64,000 nucleotides of DNA from a virus (Duplodnaviria > Caudoviricetes), in IMG/VR virus record IMGVR_UViG_3300021959_000031, positions 1,565 to 65,564 of that record; one strand, given 5' to 3'. Made by a program: the position numbers and the translations under genes. Below the pieces are notes generated by a model that made no database searches, was not told the origin of the DNA, and saw nothing but the letters and a program-made list of their open reading frames with translations. The stretch's first letter is position 1, and every line of letters begins with the position of its first letter. This document shows positions 19,187 through 29,405 of this stretch, piece by piece.

Positions 19187-19619
19187 CAAAGAGTTAAAAG
19201 ATCACTTAGAAGCTTTAGATATTAGGGTTTACACAACAACTGCTGGCAGTATAATCATTGGAGAATGTTTAGAGGTTGCAGACAATGGTGTGGAAATAGA
19301 AAAACCTCTAATCATGAGTAATGTCTCTATTTTTGGTGGTGAAGAATCTTACATGAAAGAGTTGGTCAAAGACAATGACTTGAACAGCGCGTTTCTATTC
19401 GACACTGTTATAGAAACCGAAAGTTTTGCCTCACTTTCACTAAAGAAGAAGTATATAGATTCTCTCTTAGAGATAAAGATAATAGATCTTTTGTCAGAAG
19501 ACCTAAGTGATCCATCGGGATATTCATTCAACCAGGATTTTGAATCTAATGACCCTAAAGAGGATATAAGTATTGAAGATAGTCAATTTAATAAGAGATG
19601 GAAGGGATATATGAATTAA
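19176..19619 (+). CDS. hypothetical protein (uvsW-gp55 interval)
   Basis: 147-aa ORF overlapping the uvsW stop. Confidence 0.65.
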   Translation: MKLSKELKDHLEALDIRVYTTTAGSIIIGECLEVADNGVEIEKPLIMSNVSIFGGEESYMKELVKDNDLNSAFLFDTVIETESFASLSLKKKYIDSLLEIKIIDLLSEDLSDPSGYSFNQDFESNDPKEDISIEDSQFNKRWKGYMN

Positions 19620-19784
19620 TTTTTTCCCTTCGGGAAACCCCTTTGGGGTTATAACAACTTTTAATATTAATTTGTATCCAATCTAGATACAATATTGTTT
19701 TTATTCTTTATAATCATATTATACCATAGATTAATAATCTGTCAAGAAAAAAGATCAAAAACACAATAAAGTTTCATTTTTTTG

Positions 19785-19812
19785 TTTACAAATCTTGCTT
19801 TTAGTGTATAAT
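19785..19812 (+). promoter_or_regulatory. sigma70-like promoter for gp55
   Basis: TTTACA-16-TATAAT, 9 nt before ATG. Confidence 0.7.
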
Positions 19813-19821
19813 ATATAGATA

Positions 19822-20436
19822 ATGGAAAGAAAAAAGCAGACTAGGAAAAGAAAGAAAAAGGGAGAAAATTATATTGACAACAAAGTGTTCGCTTCTGCTG
19901 TTAGGGAGCATGTAGATGGTGTCAATATCGATATATCTAATGGAGATGACCCTAGACAGGTATCTGACTATATCGCAGAGTCTTTTTTGAAGATATCGAA
20001 TGGTTTGTCTATGGCTCCGAATTTTAAGGATTACAGCTATAGAGAAGATATGGTTATGGATGCAGTGGAGAACTGTATCAAAGCAATAAACAACTTCGAC
20101 TATAATAGACCTACGAGAACTGGAAAACCCAATCCATTCAGTTACTTCACTCAGATTAGTTATTTTGCATTCTTAAGAAGGATCGCAAAGGAGAAGAAAC
20201 AATCTGATATTAAGCAAAAACTCATTTCCTACTCATCTCCAGATGTGTTCGCCAACTTCGACAGTGATCAGAAAAATATGGGTGAGAGTATGGTTGGTAA
20301 GATGAAGATAACCAATGATACTTTCTGGAAAGATCCACAACTAGAACCAGAAGAAGGTTCTGAAGATATCGAAGGTGTCAAAAAGAAACCAAAGAAAAGA
20401 ATTTCTGGTGGGCCACTAAACGACTTCTTAGATTAA
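19822..20436 (+). CDS. gp55: late-transcription sigma factor
   Basis: YIDNK.F, YIAESFLKI..GLS..PNF..YSYREDMVMDAVENC, NPFSYFTQI.YFAFLRRIAKEKKQ. Confidence 0.95.
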   Translation: MERKKQTRKRKKKGENYIDNKVFASAVREHVDGVNIDISNGDDPRQVSDYIAESFLKISNGLSMAPNFKDYSYREDMVMDAVENCIKAINNFDYNRPTRTGKPNPFSYFTQISYFAFLRRIAKEKKQSDIKQKLISYSSPDVFANFDSDQKNMGESMVGKMKITNDTFWKDPQLEPEEGSEDIEGVKKKPKKRISGGPLNDFLD

Positions 20437-20452
20437 ATTATTTTTTTTTGTT

Positions 20453-21538
20453 ATGAGTAAAGTTGCAGTTATTACAGATACACATGCTGGTGTTAAAAAT
20501 GGTAGTGATATCTTTTTGGATTATTCTGAAAAGTTCTATAGAGATGTATTCTTTCCACATCTCTTGAACAACGGGATAACTAAGATACTTCATCTTGGTG
20601 ATTATTTTGACAACAGAAAAGTTGCCAATATGAAAGTTTTGATGAGGAACAAAGCCATGTTCTTGGATAAACTAAGAGAACATGGAATGACTATGGATAT
20701 CATTCCTGGAAATCATGACTGCTTCTTTAAGAACACTAACGACTTGTGTTCACTTGTTGAGATACTTCAACATTATGACGATGTTGTGAATATTCATATG
20801 AAGCCAACAGTCGTTGATTACTATGGTTTCAAGATAGCTCTTCTCCCTTGGATTAACAGTGAAAACCACGAAGAGAGTATGGAGTTTGTTAGAACTGCTA
20901 ACGCATCATTCCTAGGTGGTCACTTAGAGTTTGTTGGTTTTGAAATGATGAAAGGGGCACCACCAAATGCACATGGAATGGATGCATCTCCTTTCTCAAG
21001 ATACGATAAAGTTCTAACAGGTCATTTCCACACTAAAAGTAACATAGGAAATGTTTACTATCTAGGTTCTCCATTCGAACTGACATGGGCAGACTCAAAT
21101 GACCCTAAATATTTTCATGTTATAGATACTGAAACTAGAAAGTTAACTCCAGTGAGAAATAATCTCACGCTATATAATAAGTTGACTTACTCTGATAGGG
21201 GTGCCAGTGATGATATCGACCTGGAACTCAATAAACATAACTTCGAATCAGTTTCGGGTTCATTCGTCAAAGTGATAGTTGAGCATAAAGAGAACACTTT
21301 ATTGTTTGATAAATTCATAGATAAAGTTATAGATGAAGAACCTTTCGACTTGAAAATAGTGGAGAATCTTGATGAGTTTCTGGGTGAAAACGTTGATGAC
21401 GAAGGTGTTAACGTGGAAAACACAATTGATCTCCTCAACACTTATGTTGACAATATTGAGACTCCACTAGATAAGTATAAATTGAAATCGAAGTTGAATG
21501 AGCTGTATGTCCTAGCTCAAAATGATGATGCATTATGA
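20453..21538 (+). CDS. gp47: recombination endonuclease subunit (Mre11/SbcD-like)
   Basis: ITDTHAG, HLGDYFD.RK, PGNHD, GHLE, GHFH. Confidence 0.95.
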   Translation: MSKVAVITDTHAGVKNGSDIFLDYSEKFYRDVFFPHLLNNGITKILHLGDYFDNRKVANMKVLMRNKAMFLDKLREHGMTMDIIPGNHDCFFKNTNDLCSLVEILQHYDDVVNIHMKPTVVDYYGFKIALLPWINSENHEESMEFVRTANASFLGGHLEFVGFEMMKGAPPNAHGMDASPFSRYDKVLTGHFHTKSNIGNVYYLGSPFELTWADSNDPKYFHVIDTETRKLTPVRNNLTLYNKLTYSDRGASDDIDLELNKHNFESVSGSFVKVIVEHKENTLLFDKFIDKVIDEEPFDLKIVENLDEFLGENVDDEGVNVENTIDLLNTYVDNIETPLDKYKLKSKLNELYVLAQNDDAL

Positions 21539-23256
21539 TAATATTTAAAAAACTAACATACTCTAACTTTCTGAGCGTAGGTAGCAATGAAATCTCTATA
21601 GATTTTAATGATGTTCGCTCTACTTTAATTATAGGTCACAACGGCTCGGGTAAGAGTCTTATGCTTGATGCTTTGAGTTTCTCTCTGTTTGGTAAACCAC
21701 ATAGAGCAATCAATAAACCACAACTAATCAATAGCATAAATGCCAAGAAGTGTAAAACTGAAGTGGAATTTTCTATTGGTAGCAAAGACTACAAGATCAT
21801 TAGAGGTCTTAAGCCTAACATATTCGAAATATATGTAGATGGTGAGTTGATAAACCAAGAGTCACATACTAGGGATTACCAGAAGCTTTTAGAGAAGAAT
21901 ATACTGAAGCTGAATCATAAAAGCTTTCATCAAGTTGTTGTTCTTGGTAGTAGTAACTTTGTGCCATTCATGAAGCTTCCTGCTAGTCACAGAAGAGAGG
22001 TTATTGAAGATATTCTGGATATTGGTATATTCAGTAAGATGAACACCTTGCTTAAAGAAGATGTATCCAAGCTTAAAGATCAACTCAAAGATACTGAGTA
22101 TAACATAACACTGAACAAAGAGAAGATACGAATGCAGAATAAGCATATCGACAGTCTCGAAAGTATAAGTGAAGACAATATCAGTAAACTGAAAGAAGAG
22201 ATAAAGGAAATAGATGATCAAGTTGTTGTTCTGACTGAATCTAGTAATGAGATGACAGAAACCTACAAAGCAGAGTATCAAGAGACCTGTAAATTAAGAG
22301 ACAAGTGTGAGTTAGTATCAAAGAAACTGAGTTCATACGAGAATCAAATACTCAACAATATCAAAAAGATAAAAGATGACAGCTCTTTCTATCAAACTAA
22401 CGATACATGCCCAACTTGCCGACAAGATCTTTCTGAAGATATCAAGAAGGATAACATAAACTCCAATACAGAAAAATTAGAGAAGTTGGAGGGTGGTTAT
22501 AGTGATCTTAAAGAGTCCATAAAAGAAAATGTTGATTCTTCCGACAAGGTGAGAATCAAACTTAATGAGCTGTTTGAGATCAATAACCAACTTTCTACTA
22601 ATCAAATGCTGGTCAAGAATTTCGAGGCTAGAAAGAAAAGTTTAGAAGACCAACATAGCAAGGCATATAACAACGATGATCTAGTTAAAGCTAAGGGTGA
22701 GTTGTCTGTTATGAGAGATGAACAGAATTCATTATCAGTTGTTAGAGATGAACAGAGTGAAGAAAAGCAACTCGGTGATATTGTTAGTGAGTTGCTAAAA
22801 GATAGTGGAATAAAGACTAAGATAATTCGCCAATACTTACCCTTAATGAATCAAGTTATAAACAAGTATTTAAATCTTCTGGAGTTTCATGTTAGTTTTG
22901 AACTAGATGAAAGCTTCAATGAAACCATAAGATCTAGACATAGAGATGTATTCAGTTATTCGAGCTTCAGCGAGGGTGAGAAAGCTAGAATAAACCTAGC
23001 ACTTATATTTGCATGGAGACATATTGCATCCCTAAAGAATAGTGCTAACACAAATCTTTTAATTCTTGACGAGGTTTTCGATGGAAGTTTAGACACTAGT
23101 GGTGTTGAAAGCTTGACTAAAATAATGAACACACTCAATGAAGATACTAGTGTGTTTGTCATAAGCCACAATCAGGAGGTTATAGATAGCAAGTTCGATA
23201 GAAAGATAGAGTTTGAGAACAGAATGAACTTCACTAGGATCAAGTCGATATCCTAA
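21535..23256 (+). CDS. gp46: recombination ATPase subunit (Rad50/SbcC-like)
   Basis: GHNGSGKS, CPTC zinc hook, SFSEGEK, LILDEVFD, VISH. Confidence 0.95.
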   Translation: MIIFKKLTYSNFLSVGSNEISIDFNDVRSTLIIGHNGSGKSLMLDALSFSLFGKPHRAINKPQLINSINAKKCKTEVEFSIGSKDYKIIRGLKPNIFEIYVDGELINQESHTRDYQKLLEKNILKLNHKSFHQVVVLGSSNFVPFMKLPASHRREVIEDILDIGIFSKMNTLLKEDVSKLKDQLKDTEYNITLNKEKIRMQNKHIDSLESISEDNISKLKEEIKEIDDQVVVLTESSNEMTETYKAEYQETCKLRDKCELVSKKLSSYENQILNNIKKIKDDSSFYQTNDTCPTCRQDLSEDIKKDNINSNTEKLEKLEGGYSDLKESIKENVDSSDKVRIKLNELFEINNQLSTNQMLVKNFEARKKSLEDQHSKAYNNDDLVKAKGELSVMRDEQNSLSVVRDEQSEEKQLGDIVSELLKDSGIKTKIIRQYLPLMNQVINKYLNLLEFHVSFELDESFNETIRSRHRDVFSYSSFSEGEKARINLALIFAWRHIASLKNSANTNLLILDEVFDGSLDTSGVESLTKIMNTLNEDTSVFVISHNQEVIDSKFDRKIEFENRMNFTRIKSIS

Positions 23257-23318
23257 AGTGAATTTATATATACTTTTATCTTTACATTTTTCCGCTTTCG
23301 TGTTAAGTTATAACCACG

Positions 23319-25547
23319 ATGAGAGAAACACCACGAGCAATCAACATTGAAACGAAGAGTCAACTTGCAAGACTCTTAGCAAAAGAAGATATCACTGTTA
23401 CTGTTGGCAACTATAGTACAGCTTTCTTCGATATTAAAAACCGCGAACTTGGAATCCCTAACTGGGACTTCAGTGAGAAAGCTGTTCTGGACTTGCTAAT
23501 TGGTCACGAGGTTGGTCATGCACTGTATACACCTCAAGATGGTATCAATCTCTTTAAAGAAAGATTCCCTAAAGCGCCATTCGACATCTGCAATATCATT
23601 GAAGATATCAGAATTGAAAGAATCATTCAAGATACATACCCAGGATTGATTCATGCTTTCAAGAAAGGATATGCTCACTTCGTAGAAGAAGATCTTTTTG
23701 CCATTAAAGATAAAGACGTTTCTAAATTGAGTTTTGCTGATAGATTAAACATAAGAGCAAAAACGAGAAATGTTAGTTTAGTTCACTTGGATGATGAAGA
23801 AGAGTTATTCTATAATAAGTGTCTAAAAGCTGAGTCTTATGAAGAAGTGTTAGATCTATGTGAAGAGTTGATCGAAAAAATCGAAGATGAGCCTGAACAA
23901 GAACCAGCAGATCCAAACCCTGAAGATGGTCAAGATGTTCAAGATGGTCAAGATGGCGGAAATGAAACAGGTGACAATGAAGATGGTGATGATCTTGATG
24001 AAACACCTTCTAATGAAGACTTCAGTGATTCCAATGGTGATGAAGAAGATTCATCAGAAGATAAAGAATCTAATAAAGTTGAAGGTGATTCCAATGGTGA
24101 TCCAAGTTCCTCTGATTCTAGTGATTCACCTTCATCAGAACCAAGTAACAATAAAGATTTCGAAGATTTAGTTTCTGAAACTCAGAAAGCCCTTGAAGAT
24201 TCAATCTCTGAAAATAATAAAAATGACGAAGATACATTGATCTTAAAAACTCCAAGCGCCCAAGATTTCTTGGATTGCGTAGTTCCTTTTGAAGAGATTA
24301 GACTTGCTAGAAAGAATGGCAGAAACTACCAGTCAAACCTTTTTGATTACAATCCAGAAAAGAAACAAGAGTGGTTAGATTTTAAATCCGAAACTAAAAA
24401 AGGTGTTTCTATTCTATTGAAAGAATTTGAGAGAAGGAAAGCTGCCTTCCAATACAGTAGATCAGCTGAGTCAACGTCAGGTTCTATTGATGTTAACAAG
24501 CTTTTTTCATACAAGTATGATGATAAGATATTCAAAACTGTAACGACTCTAGCAAATGCAAAAAGTCATGGAATGCTGTTCTTCATCGATTACTCTGGTT
24601 CTATGTCTCGGTGTATTAGAGATGTGATTAGACAAACAATAGTGTTAGCAAATTTTTGTTACTCTGCAAATATACCTTTTGAAGTTTATGGTTTCACAAC
24701 ACCACAGTATCTTTCAAAGCAAAGACAAGATGATGTGAATACTGATACTCTAGGTTGGAAGTTACAGCTTAGACATCAACTTCAACTTTTTGAACTTCTT
24801 AACTCCAAACTGAAAAAGAATGATTTTGAAAAAGCTTGTGAAGAGTTATACGTTCAGTGTCTTTACAATTCTAACACTTTTAACTCAGTTTATGAAAATC
24901 TGGGTGGAACTCCTTTGACAGAATGTTTAATAGCAGCTCATCACATCTCCAAGAGGTTCAAAAAGAAAAACCCAATTCAGAAAGCAACTATCATGTTCTT
25001 GTCTGATGGTGAGGGTCAACCAGTTTCAATTAGAAGTAGTAACATCGAGAATGAAGTTTCCAATACACATTCCAGTTGGAAATGCAATAAGATCATGAAC
25101 GTTAATGGTAAGAATATCAATATCCAAAACTTTTGGACTGCTTACCCCGAATTAGTCGAATCACTAAGGAAAGCTGGAAATACTGTTATTGGATTCTTCG
25201 TTGCAGGTTCTCCAAAGCATAAAAAAAATCACATAGTCAATTCAATTCAATACTCTTCATTGAAAGTTGACCCCTATGATCATGCTGATTCGTTAATAGC
25301 TACAAGCAGGAAGAAGAAAGAAAAGCTTGTATCAGTTGATGGTGGTTATGGTTATGATAACTATTATATTCTAGACTCAAATAGCCTTAAGAATAAAGAA
25401 GGATCACTTGATGACGAAGAATTTGAAGTTGGAGATCTGAGCAAAGCCCGTGACAGAAACAAGATTTTCAATAAGTTCAAGAAGAAATCAGATAACAAGA
25501 AGACTCAAAAGAGTTTCTTGACAAAGTTCGCCGAAGTAATCTCGTAA
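23319..25547 (+). CDS. CobT-like protein: N-terminal HExxH peptidase-like domain, acidic linker, vWA domain
   Basis: LARLLAKE.I, HEVGHALYT, N.IEDIRIE, MIDAS DYSGSM, GGTPL, FLSDGE. Confidence 0.85.
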   Translation: MRETPRAINIETKSQLARLLAKEDITVTVGNYSTAFFDIKNRELGIPNWDFSEKAVLDLLIGHEVGHALYTPQDGINLFKERFPKAPFDICNIIEDIRIERIIQDTYPGLIHAFKKGYAHFVEEDLFAIKDKDVSKLSFADRLNIRAKTRNVSLVHLDDEEELFYNKCLKAESYEEVLDLCEELIEKIEDEPEQEPADPNPEDGQDVQDGQDGGNETGDNEDGDDLDETPSNEDFSDSNGDEEDSSEDKESNKVEGDSNGDPSSSDSSDSPSSEPSNNKDFEDLVSETQKALEDSISENNKNDEDTLILKTPSAQDFLDCVVPFEEIRLARKNGRNYQSNLFDYNPEKKQEWLDFKSETKKGVSILLKEFERRKAAFQYSRSAESTSGSIDVNKLFSYKYDDKIFKTVTTLANAKSHGMLFFIDYSGSMSRCIRDVIRQTIVLANFCYSANIPFEVYGFTTPQYLSKQRQDDVNTDTLGWKLQLRHQLQLFELLNSKLKKNDFEKACEELYVQCLYNSNTFNSVYENLGGTPLTECLIAAHHISKRFKKKNPIQKATIMFLSDGEGQPVSIRSSNIENEVSNTHSSWKCNKIMNVNGKNINIQNFWTAYPELVESLRKAGNTVIGFFVAGSPKHKKNHIVNSIQYSSLKVDPYDHADSLIATSRKKKEKLVSVDGGYGYDNYYILDSNSLKNKEGSLDDEEFEVGDLSKARDRNKIFNKFKKKSDNKKTQKSFLTKFAEVIS

Positions 25548-25575
25548 AAAAAGTGAATATACTATCATTTATATC

Positions 25576-25604
25576 TTTACAAAAAAATAAAAGTGTGATA
25601 TAAT
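25576..25604 (+). promoter_or_regulatory. sigma70-like promoter
   Basis: TTTACA-17-TATAAT with TG extension. Confidence 0.75.
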
Positions 25605-25656
25605 CGCTTGCGAAGGGAAAACAAGAAGTTAACCTCAATTGAAAAAAAAATACATT

Positions 25657-26841
25657 ATGAAAAATAACACCACAGAACAAATGTCCGTTGCTATCGAATT
25701 GATGGAGAAAAATCCATCATTTCCAGATCTCAAAACAAACCTCATCTACGATGCAGCTAGAGAAGCAGGAATGAAGTATAAAGATATCAAGTCTTCATTC
25801 TTAGTTAACAAAGTTAGCTGGGGAGTTTATCGAATTGATAGAGATATGAAACCATTAGAGTCTATCAGTGATGGTTCGATTAAAATCGAATCGCCAGTAG
25901 TCGAGTTATCTAGCTCCAGCTCTTTCAAACTTAATACAAGCTCTAATACAGTTGCTATTGTGCCTGAAGCTGACCCGACTTTCATCCAATGGGGTGAATT
26001 CAAATCCATCAAAGCAGTGATTGAATCTAACCAGTTCTTCCCTCTCTATATCAGCGGAATGAGTGGTAACGGGAAAACAATGATGGTGGAACAAGCCTGT
26101 GCAAAGACTAAACGTAAATATGTTCGACTTCAAATCTCACCAGAGACCGATGAAGATGATCTTATTGGTGGTTTTCGACTAGTCAATGGTGAAACTGTTT
26201 TCCATAAAGGCCCAGTTATCACCGCGATGGAAGAAGGATGTATCCTCCTTATTGATGAACTCGACCGAGGAACTAACAAAATCATGTGTTTGCAAGGTGT
26301 TCTAGAAGGTAAGCCAGTTCTGATTAAGAAGACTGGAGAGACTGCTTTCCCTGCTCCAGGATTTAATGTCATTGCTACTGCTAATAGCAAGGGTCGAGGT
26401 TCTGATGATGGACGATATTCAGCAGCTCAAATTATCGATGATGCATTTATCGAAAGGTTTGTTGCTTCAATCGATCAACCTTACCCAGAGTTTAATGTTG
26501 AGAAAAAGATTGTTTCCAAAGTCATGGAGAGTCTCGACATTAAAGATGATGAGTTTGCCGAAAAGCTTGTTAGTTGGAGTTCAATCATCCGCAAGACTTA
26601 TCAAGCAGATGGAGTTGATGAAGTAGTAAGCACTCGTCGCCTATGCCATATCGTCAAAGCATATGGAATTTTCAATGATCGACTCACTGCAATCAAGATG
26701 TGTATTACACGTTTCGAAGAAGAAACACGGGAAGCATTTCTCGATCTTTACACTAAGATTGATGGTGAAGTAGGAAAAGATTTGGGTGATCTCTCTAACG
26801 AGAGTCACACTGAACAAGGTGGTTCATCTGTTGTCCACTAA
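25657..26841 (+). CDS. CobS/MoxR-like AAA+ ATPase
   Basis: GMSGNGKT, ETDEDDLIGG, LLIDELD, FNVIATAN.KG.GSDDGR, ISTRRL-like VSTRRL. Confidence 0.9.
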   Translation: MKNNTTEQMSVAIELMEKNPSFPDLKTNLIYDAAREAGMKYKDIKSSFLVNKVSWGVYRIDRDMKPLESISDGSIKIESPVVELSSSSSFKLNTSSNTVAIVPEADPTFIQWGEFKSIKAVIESNQFFPLYISGMSGNGKTMMVEQACAKTKRKYVRLQISPETDEDDLIGGFRLVNGETVFHKGPVITAMEEGCILLIDELDRGTNKIMCLQGVLEGKPVLIKKTGETAFPAPGFNVIATANSKGRGSDDGRYSAAQIIDDAFIERFVASIDQPYPEFNVEKKIVSKVMESLDIKDDEFAEKLVSWSSIIRKTYQADGVDEVVSTRRLCHIVKAYGIFNDRLTAIKMCITRFEEETREAFLDLYTKIDGEVGKDLGDLSNESHTEQGGSSVVH

Positions 26842-26881
26842 TTAAAACAGATACTAAACAATAAAAAAAATAATAAATATT

Positions 26882-27136
26882 ATGACTAAAAAAGAAATCG
26901 CAAAGTTCCGAACTCAAGTTAAGCGCAATAGCCAACCACTTGCAATCACTAACATGCTTAGTGCTGGATACCAGTTCTCTGTTGATGATGCAATGCAAGC
27001 AGGAATTGCTGATCCACGAAGAGTTGTGAATCGTCTTCGCACTCAGAAGAATATTCCAATCTCACAAGATCTCTACGAAGTTCGCGGTGGAAAAACTGTT
27101 AAGCGTTACTCCTTGTCTTCCAAGAAGAATCGTTAA
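26882..27136 (+). CDS. small basic protein, probable winged helix-turn-helix
   Basis: L..G..FSV..A...GIADPRRVVNRLR pattern. Confidence 0.6.
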   Translation: MTKKEIAKFRTQVKRNSQPLAITNMLSAGYQFSVDDAMQAGIADPRRVVNRLRTQKNIPISQDLYEVRGGKTVKRYSLSSKKNR

Positions 27137-27143
27137 TATGGTA

Positions 27144-27184
27144 AGCGGGGATGTGTTCGTGGTGTTCACATTCCCGCTATTTTC
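27144..27184 (+). terminator. rho-independent terminator
   Basis: AGCGGGGATGTG...CACATTCCCGCT then ATTTTC. Confidence 0.7.
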
Positions 27185-27187
27185 TTA

Positions 27188-27216
27188 TTTACAAAACACC
27201 ATACATATAGTATAAT
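27188..27216 (+). promoter_or_regulatory. sigma70-like promoter for gp45
   Basis: TTTACA-17-TATAAT, only 5 nt before ATG. Confidence 0.75.
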
Positions 27217-27221
27217 AAATT

Positions 27222-27896
27222 ATGTCAAAATTATCAAAAGAAACAATAGAAGTTCTAACGAATTTCTCGACTATCAACCCGAACCTTGTCGTTAAAAAAG
27301 GTAGTGTGATCAATACTATTTCTGAAGCCAAGAACATCCTTGCTATTGCTCAAGTTGAAGAGAGCTTCGAATCTGATTTCGGTATCTACGACTTGAGTGA
27401 GTTTATCAATATTTTAAACTTAGTGGGTGATCCAAATTTAAACTTCAGTGATAACAGTGTTACTCTGAATGGTGACAACTGTAATGCTGTTTACAGATTT
27501 GCAGATGAGAGTATCCTCACTTCACCTAATCAAAAACTGAATATGCCTGAAGCTGATGTTGAAGTATCGATCAGCAGTGAGACTATCAATCAAATTAGAA
27601 AAGCATCTAGTGTGCTTAATCACAATATTGTTAGTCTTAAGGGTTCTGCTGGAAAGATCGAACTAGTAGTGAATGATCCTAATAACCCAACTGCAAATAC
27701 ATATAACATCACTCTTGATGAGGATAATGATTGCAAAGAAGATTTCGACTTCCAATTCTTGATTTCAAATTTCAAGTTTATTGGAGGAGACTATAAAGTG
27801 AAGATAAGTTCTAAGTTGATCTCCAATTGGAGTAACTTGTCTACTGGAAAAATCGAGTATTACATTGCACTCGAAAAAACATCAAAATTTGGATAA
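27222..27896 (+). CDS. gp45: sliding clamp
   Basis: KLSKETIEVL.NFSTIN..L, FGIYDL.EF, Y.V.IS, YYIALE. Confidence 0.95.
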   Translation: MSKLSKETIEVLTNFSTINPNLVVKKGSVINTISEAKNILAIAQVEESFESDFGIYDLSEFINILNLVGDPNLNFSDNSVTLNGDNCNAVYRFADESILTSPNQKLNMPEADVEVSISSETINQIRKASSVLNHNIVSLKGSAGKIELVVNDPNNPTANTYNITLDEDNDCKEDFDFQFLISNFKFIGGDYKVKISSKLISNWSNLSTGKIEYYIALEKTSKFG

Positions 27897-27908
27897 AACA
27901 AAAATAAC

Positions 27909-28199
27909 ATGAGTAAAGAAAAAGAAATTATTGAAGCTGAGGAAGTGAAAGAAGATTCTAAAATGGAAGTTGGGCCTGATACCTCAACAAATCCAACAGA
28001 ACCTTCTATCGTAGTATCTCTTGTTGGGGTTAAACTTATGTGCGATATCATTGATCTAGCATCTCTTCGAGGTGCATTTCAGCCAGGTGAGTTTAGCACA
28101 ATTGGAAATCTATACATCGAACTGAAGAAGCATCTTCCAGTAGACCCGACAAAGGAAACTGAAGAAGACTCTGATGATCAACCCGAATTGAATCTATAA
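27909..28199 (+). CDS. hypothetical protein
   Basis: 96-aa ORF; IIDLAS.RGAF...E..IG.LY motif seen in T4-like phages. Confidence 0.7.
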   Translation: MSKEKEIIEAEEVKEDSKMEVGPDTSTNPTEPSIVVSLVGVKLMCDIIDLASLRGAFQPGEFSTIGNLYIELKKHLPVDPTKETEEDSDDQPELNL

Positions 28200-28202
28200 T
28201 AT

Positions 28203-28454
28203 ATGGAATTCGAAAAAGAAGAAGAAAATGCTGTTTTCGTTAATGCTGTAAAGGAGCTATGTAAAGAGTATGATTTGATAGCAGACTCCAGATCACAAGT
28301 TAACGAGATCATTAAACAAGTTTCAGACTCTCTTAATATCCCTAAACCTATCATTAGAAAGGTTTCTAAGATATACCATAAGAAGAATGCAGCTGAAATT
28401 AAAAGTGAGAACGAGTTTGTTGATGAACTTTACAGTTCAATTTCTCTGAAGTAA
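28203..28454 (+). CDS. dsbA: DsbA-like dsDNA-binding protein
   Basis: Helical 83 aa, IPK.IIRKV.KIYHK.N..E...E.E...ELY pattern. Confidence 0.65.
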   Translation: MEFEKEEENAVFVNAVKELCKEYDLIADSRSQVNEIIKQVSDSLNIPKPIIRKVSKIYHKKNAAEIKSENEFVDELYSSISLK

Positions 28455-28469
28455 AAAAGAAAATATATT

Positions 28470-29405
28470 ATGATTGAAACATTGTGGGTTGAAAAATACA
28501 GACCCAAAACCATTGATGAGTGTATCTTACCTAAAGATCTTAAGGGAGTTTTTTCTGGCTTCGTTAAGAGTGGTGACATACCTAACATGATATTGTCTGG
28601 TTCTGCTGGTCTAGGGAAAACTACAGTTGCTAAAGCTTTATGCAATCAACTGGGCCTTGATTGGATAATCATCAATGGTTCTGAAGAGAGTGGTATCGAT
28701 ACACTTAGAAATAAGATAAAACAATTTGCATCAACAGTTAGTTTGGCTGGTGGGGTTAAAGTTGTTATCTTGGATGAAGCCGATTACCTTCAAGCACAAA
28801 GCACACAACCTGCATTGCGTGGTTTTATTGAAGAGTTTAGTAGCAATTGTAGATTTATTCTAACTTGCAACTTCAAAAACAGGATTATCGATCCACTACA
28901 CTCTAGGTGTTCTGTTATAGAATTCAACACTACCAAGTCACAGCTTGCTAGATTAGCAAGTAATTTCATGGATAGAGTTGAGTATATTCTAAAACAAGAA
29001 AATGTTTCATATGATAAGCAGACTATTGCTGAATTGATAATCAGACATGCCCCAGATTGGCGGCGTATTCTTAGTGAATGCCAGCGGTATGCTAGTGTGG
29101 GTGAAATACCCACTAGCATACTAGTTGGCAGTTCTGATGATAACATCAAAGAAGTTATTTCATATTGCAAAGATAAGAACTTCAAGAAGATGAGAATCTG
29201 GGTTGCTAACAACATCTCTCTTGATAGCTCTGTTATCTACAGAAAGATATATGATAATATTTCAGAAAGTGCAGTTTCAGAGAGTATCCCAGCTGCTGTT
29301 CTTATACTAGCTGATTACTCATACAAAGATGCAATGGTAGCTGACAAAGAGTTGAATTTATGTGCATGTTTTGTTGAGTTGATGGCTAATATAAACTGGA
29401 ATTAG
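28470..29405 (+). CDS. gp44: clamp loader large subunit
   Basis: LWVEKYRPKTI.ECILP, GSAGLGKTT, ILDEADYL, FILTCNFKNRII.PLHSRC. Confidence 0.96.
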   Translation: MIETLWVEKYRPKTIDECILPKDLKGVFSGFVKSGDIPNMILSGSAGLGKTTVAKALCNQLGLDWIIINGSEESGIDTLRNKIKQFASTVSLAGGVKVVILDEADYLQAQSTQPALRGFIEEFSSNCRFILTCNFKNRIIDPLHSRCSVIEFNTTKSQLARLASNFMDRVEYILKQENVSYDKQTIAELIIRHAPDWRRILSECQRYASVGEIPTSILVGSSDDNIKEVISYCKDKNFKKMRIWVANNISLDSSVIYRKIYDNISESAVSESIPAAVLILADYSYKDAMVADKELNLCACFVELMANINWN

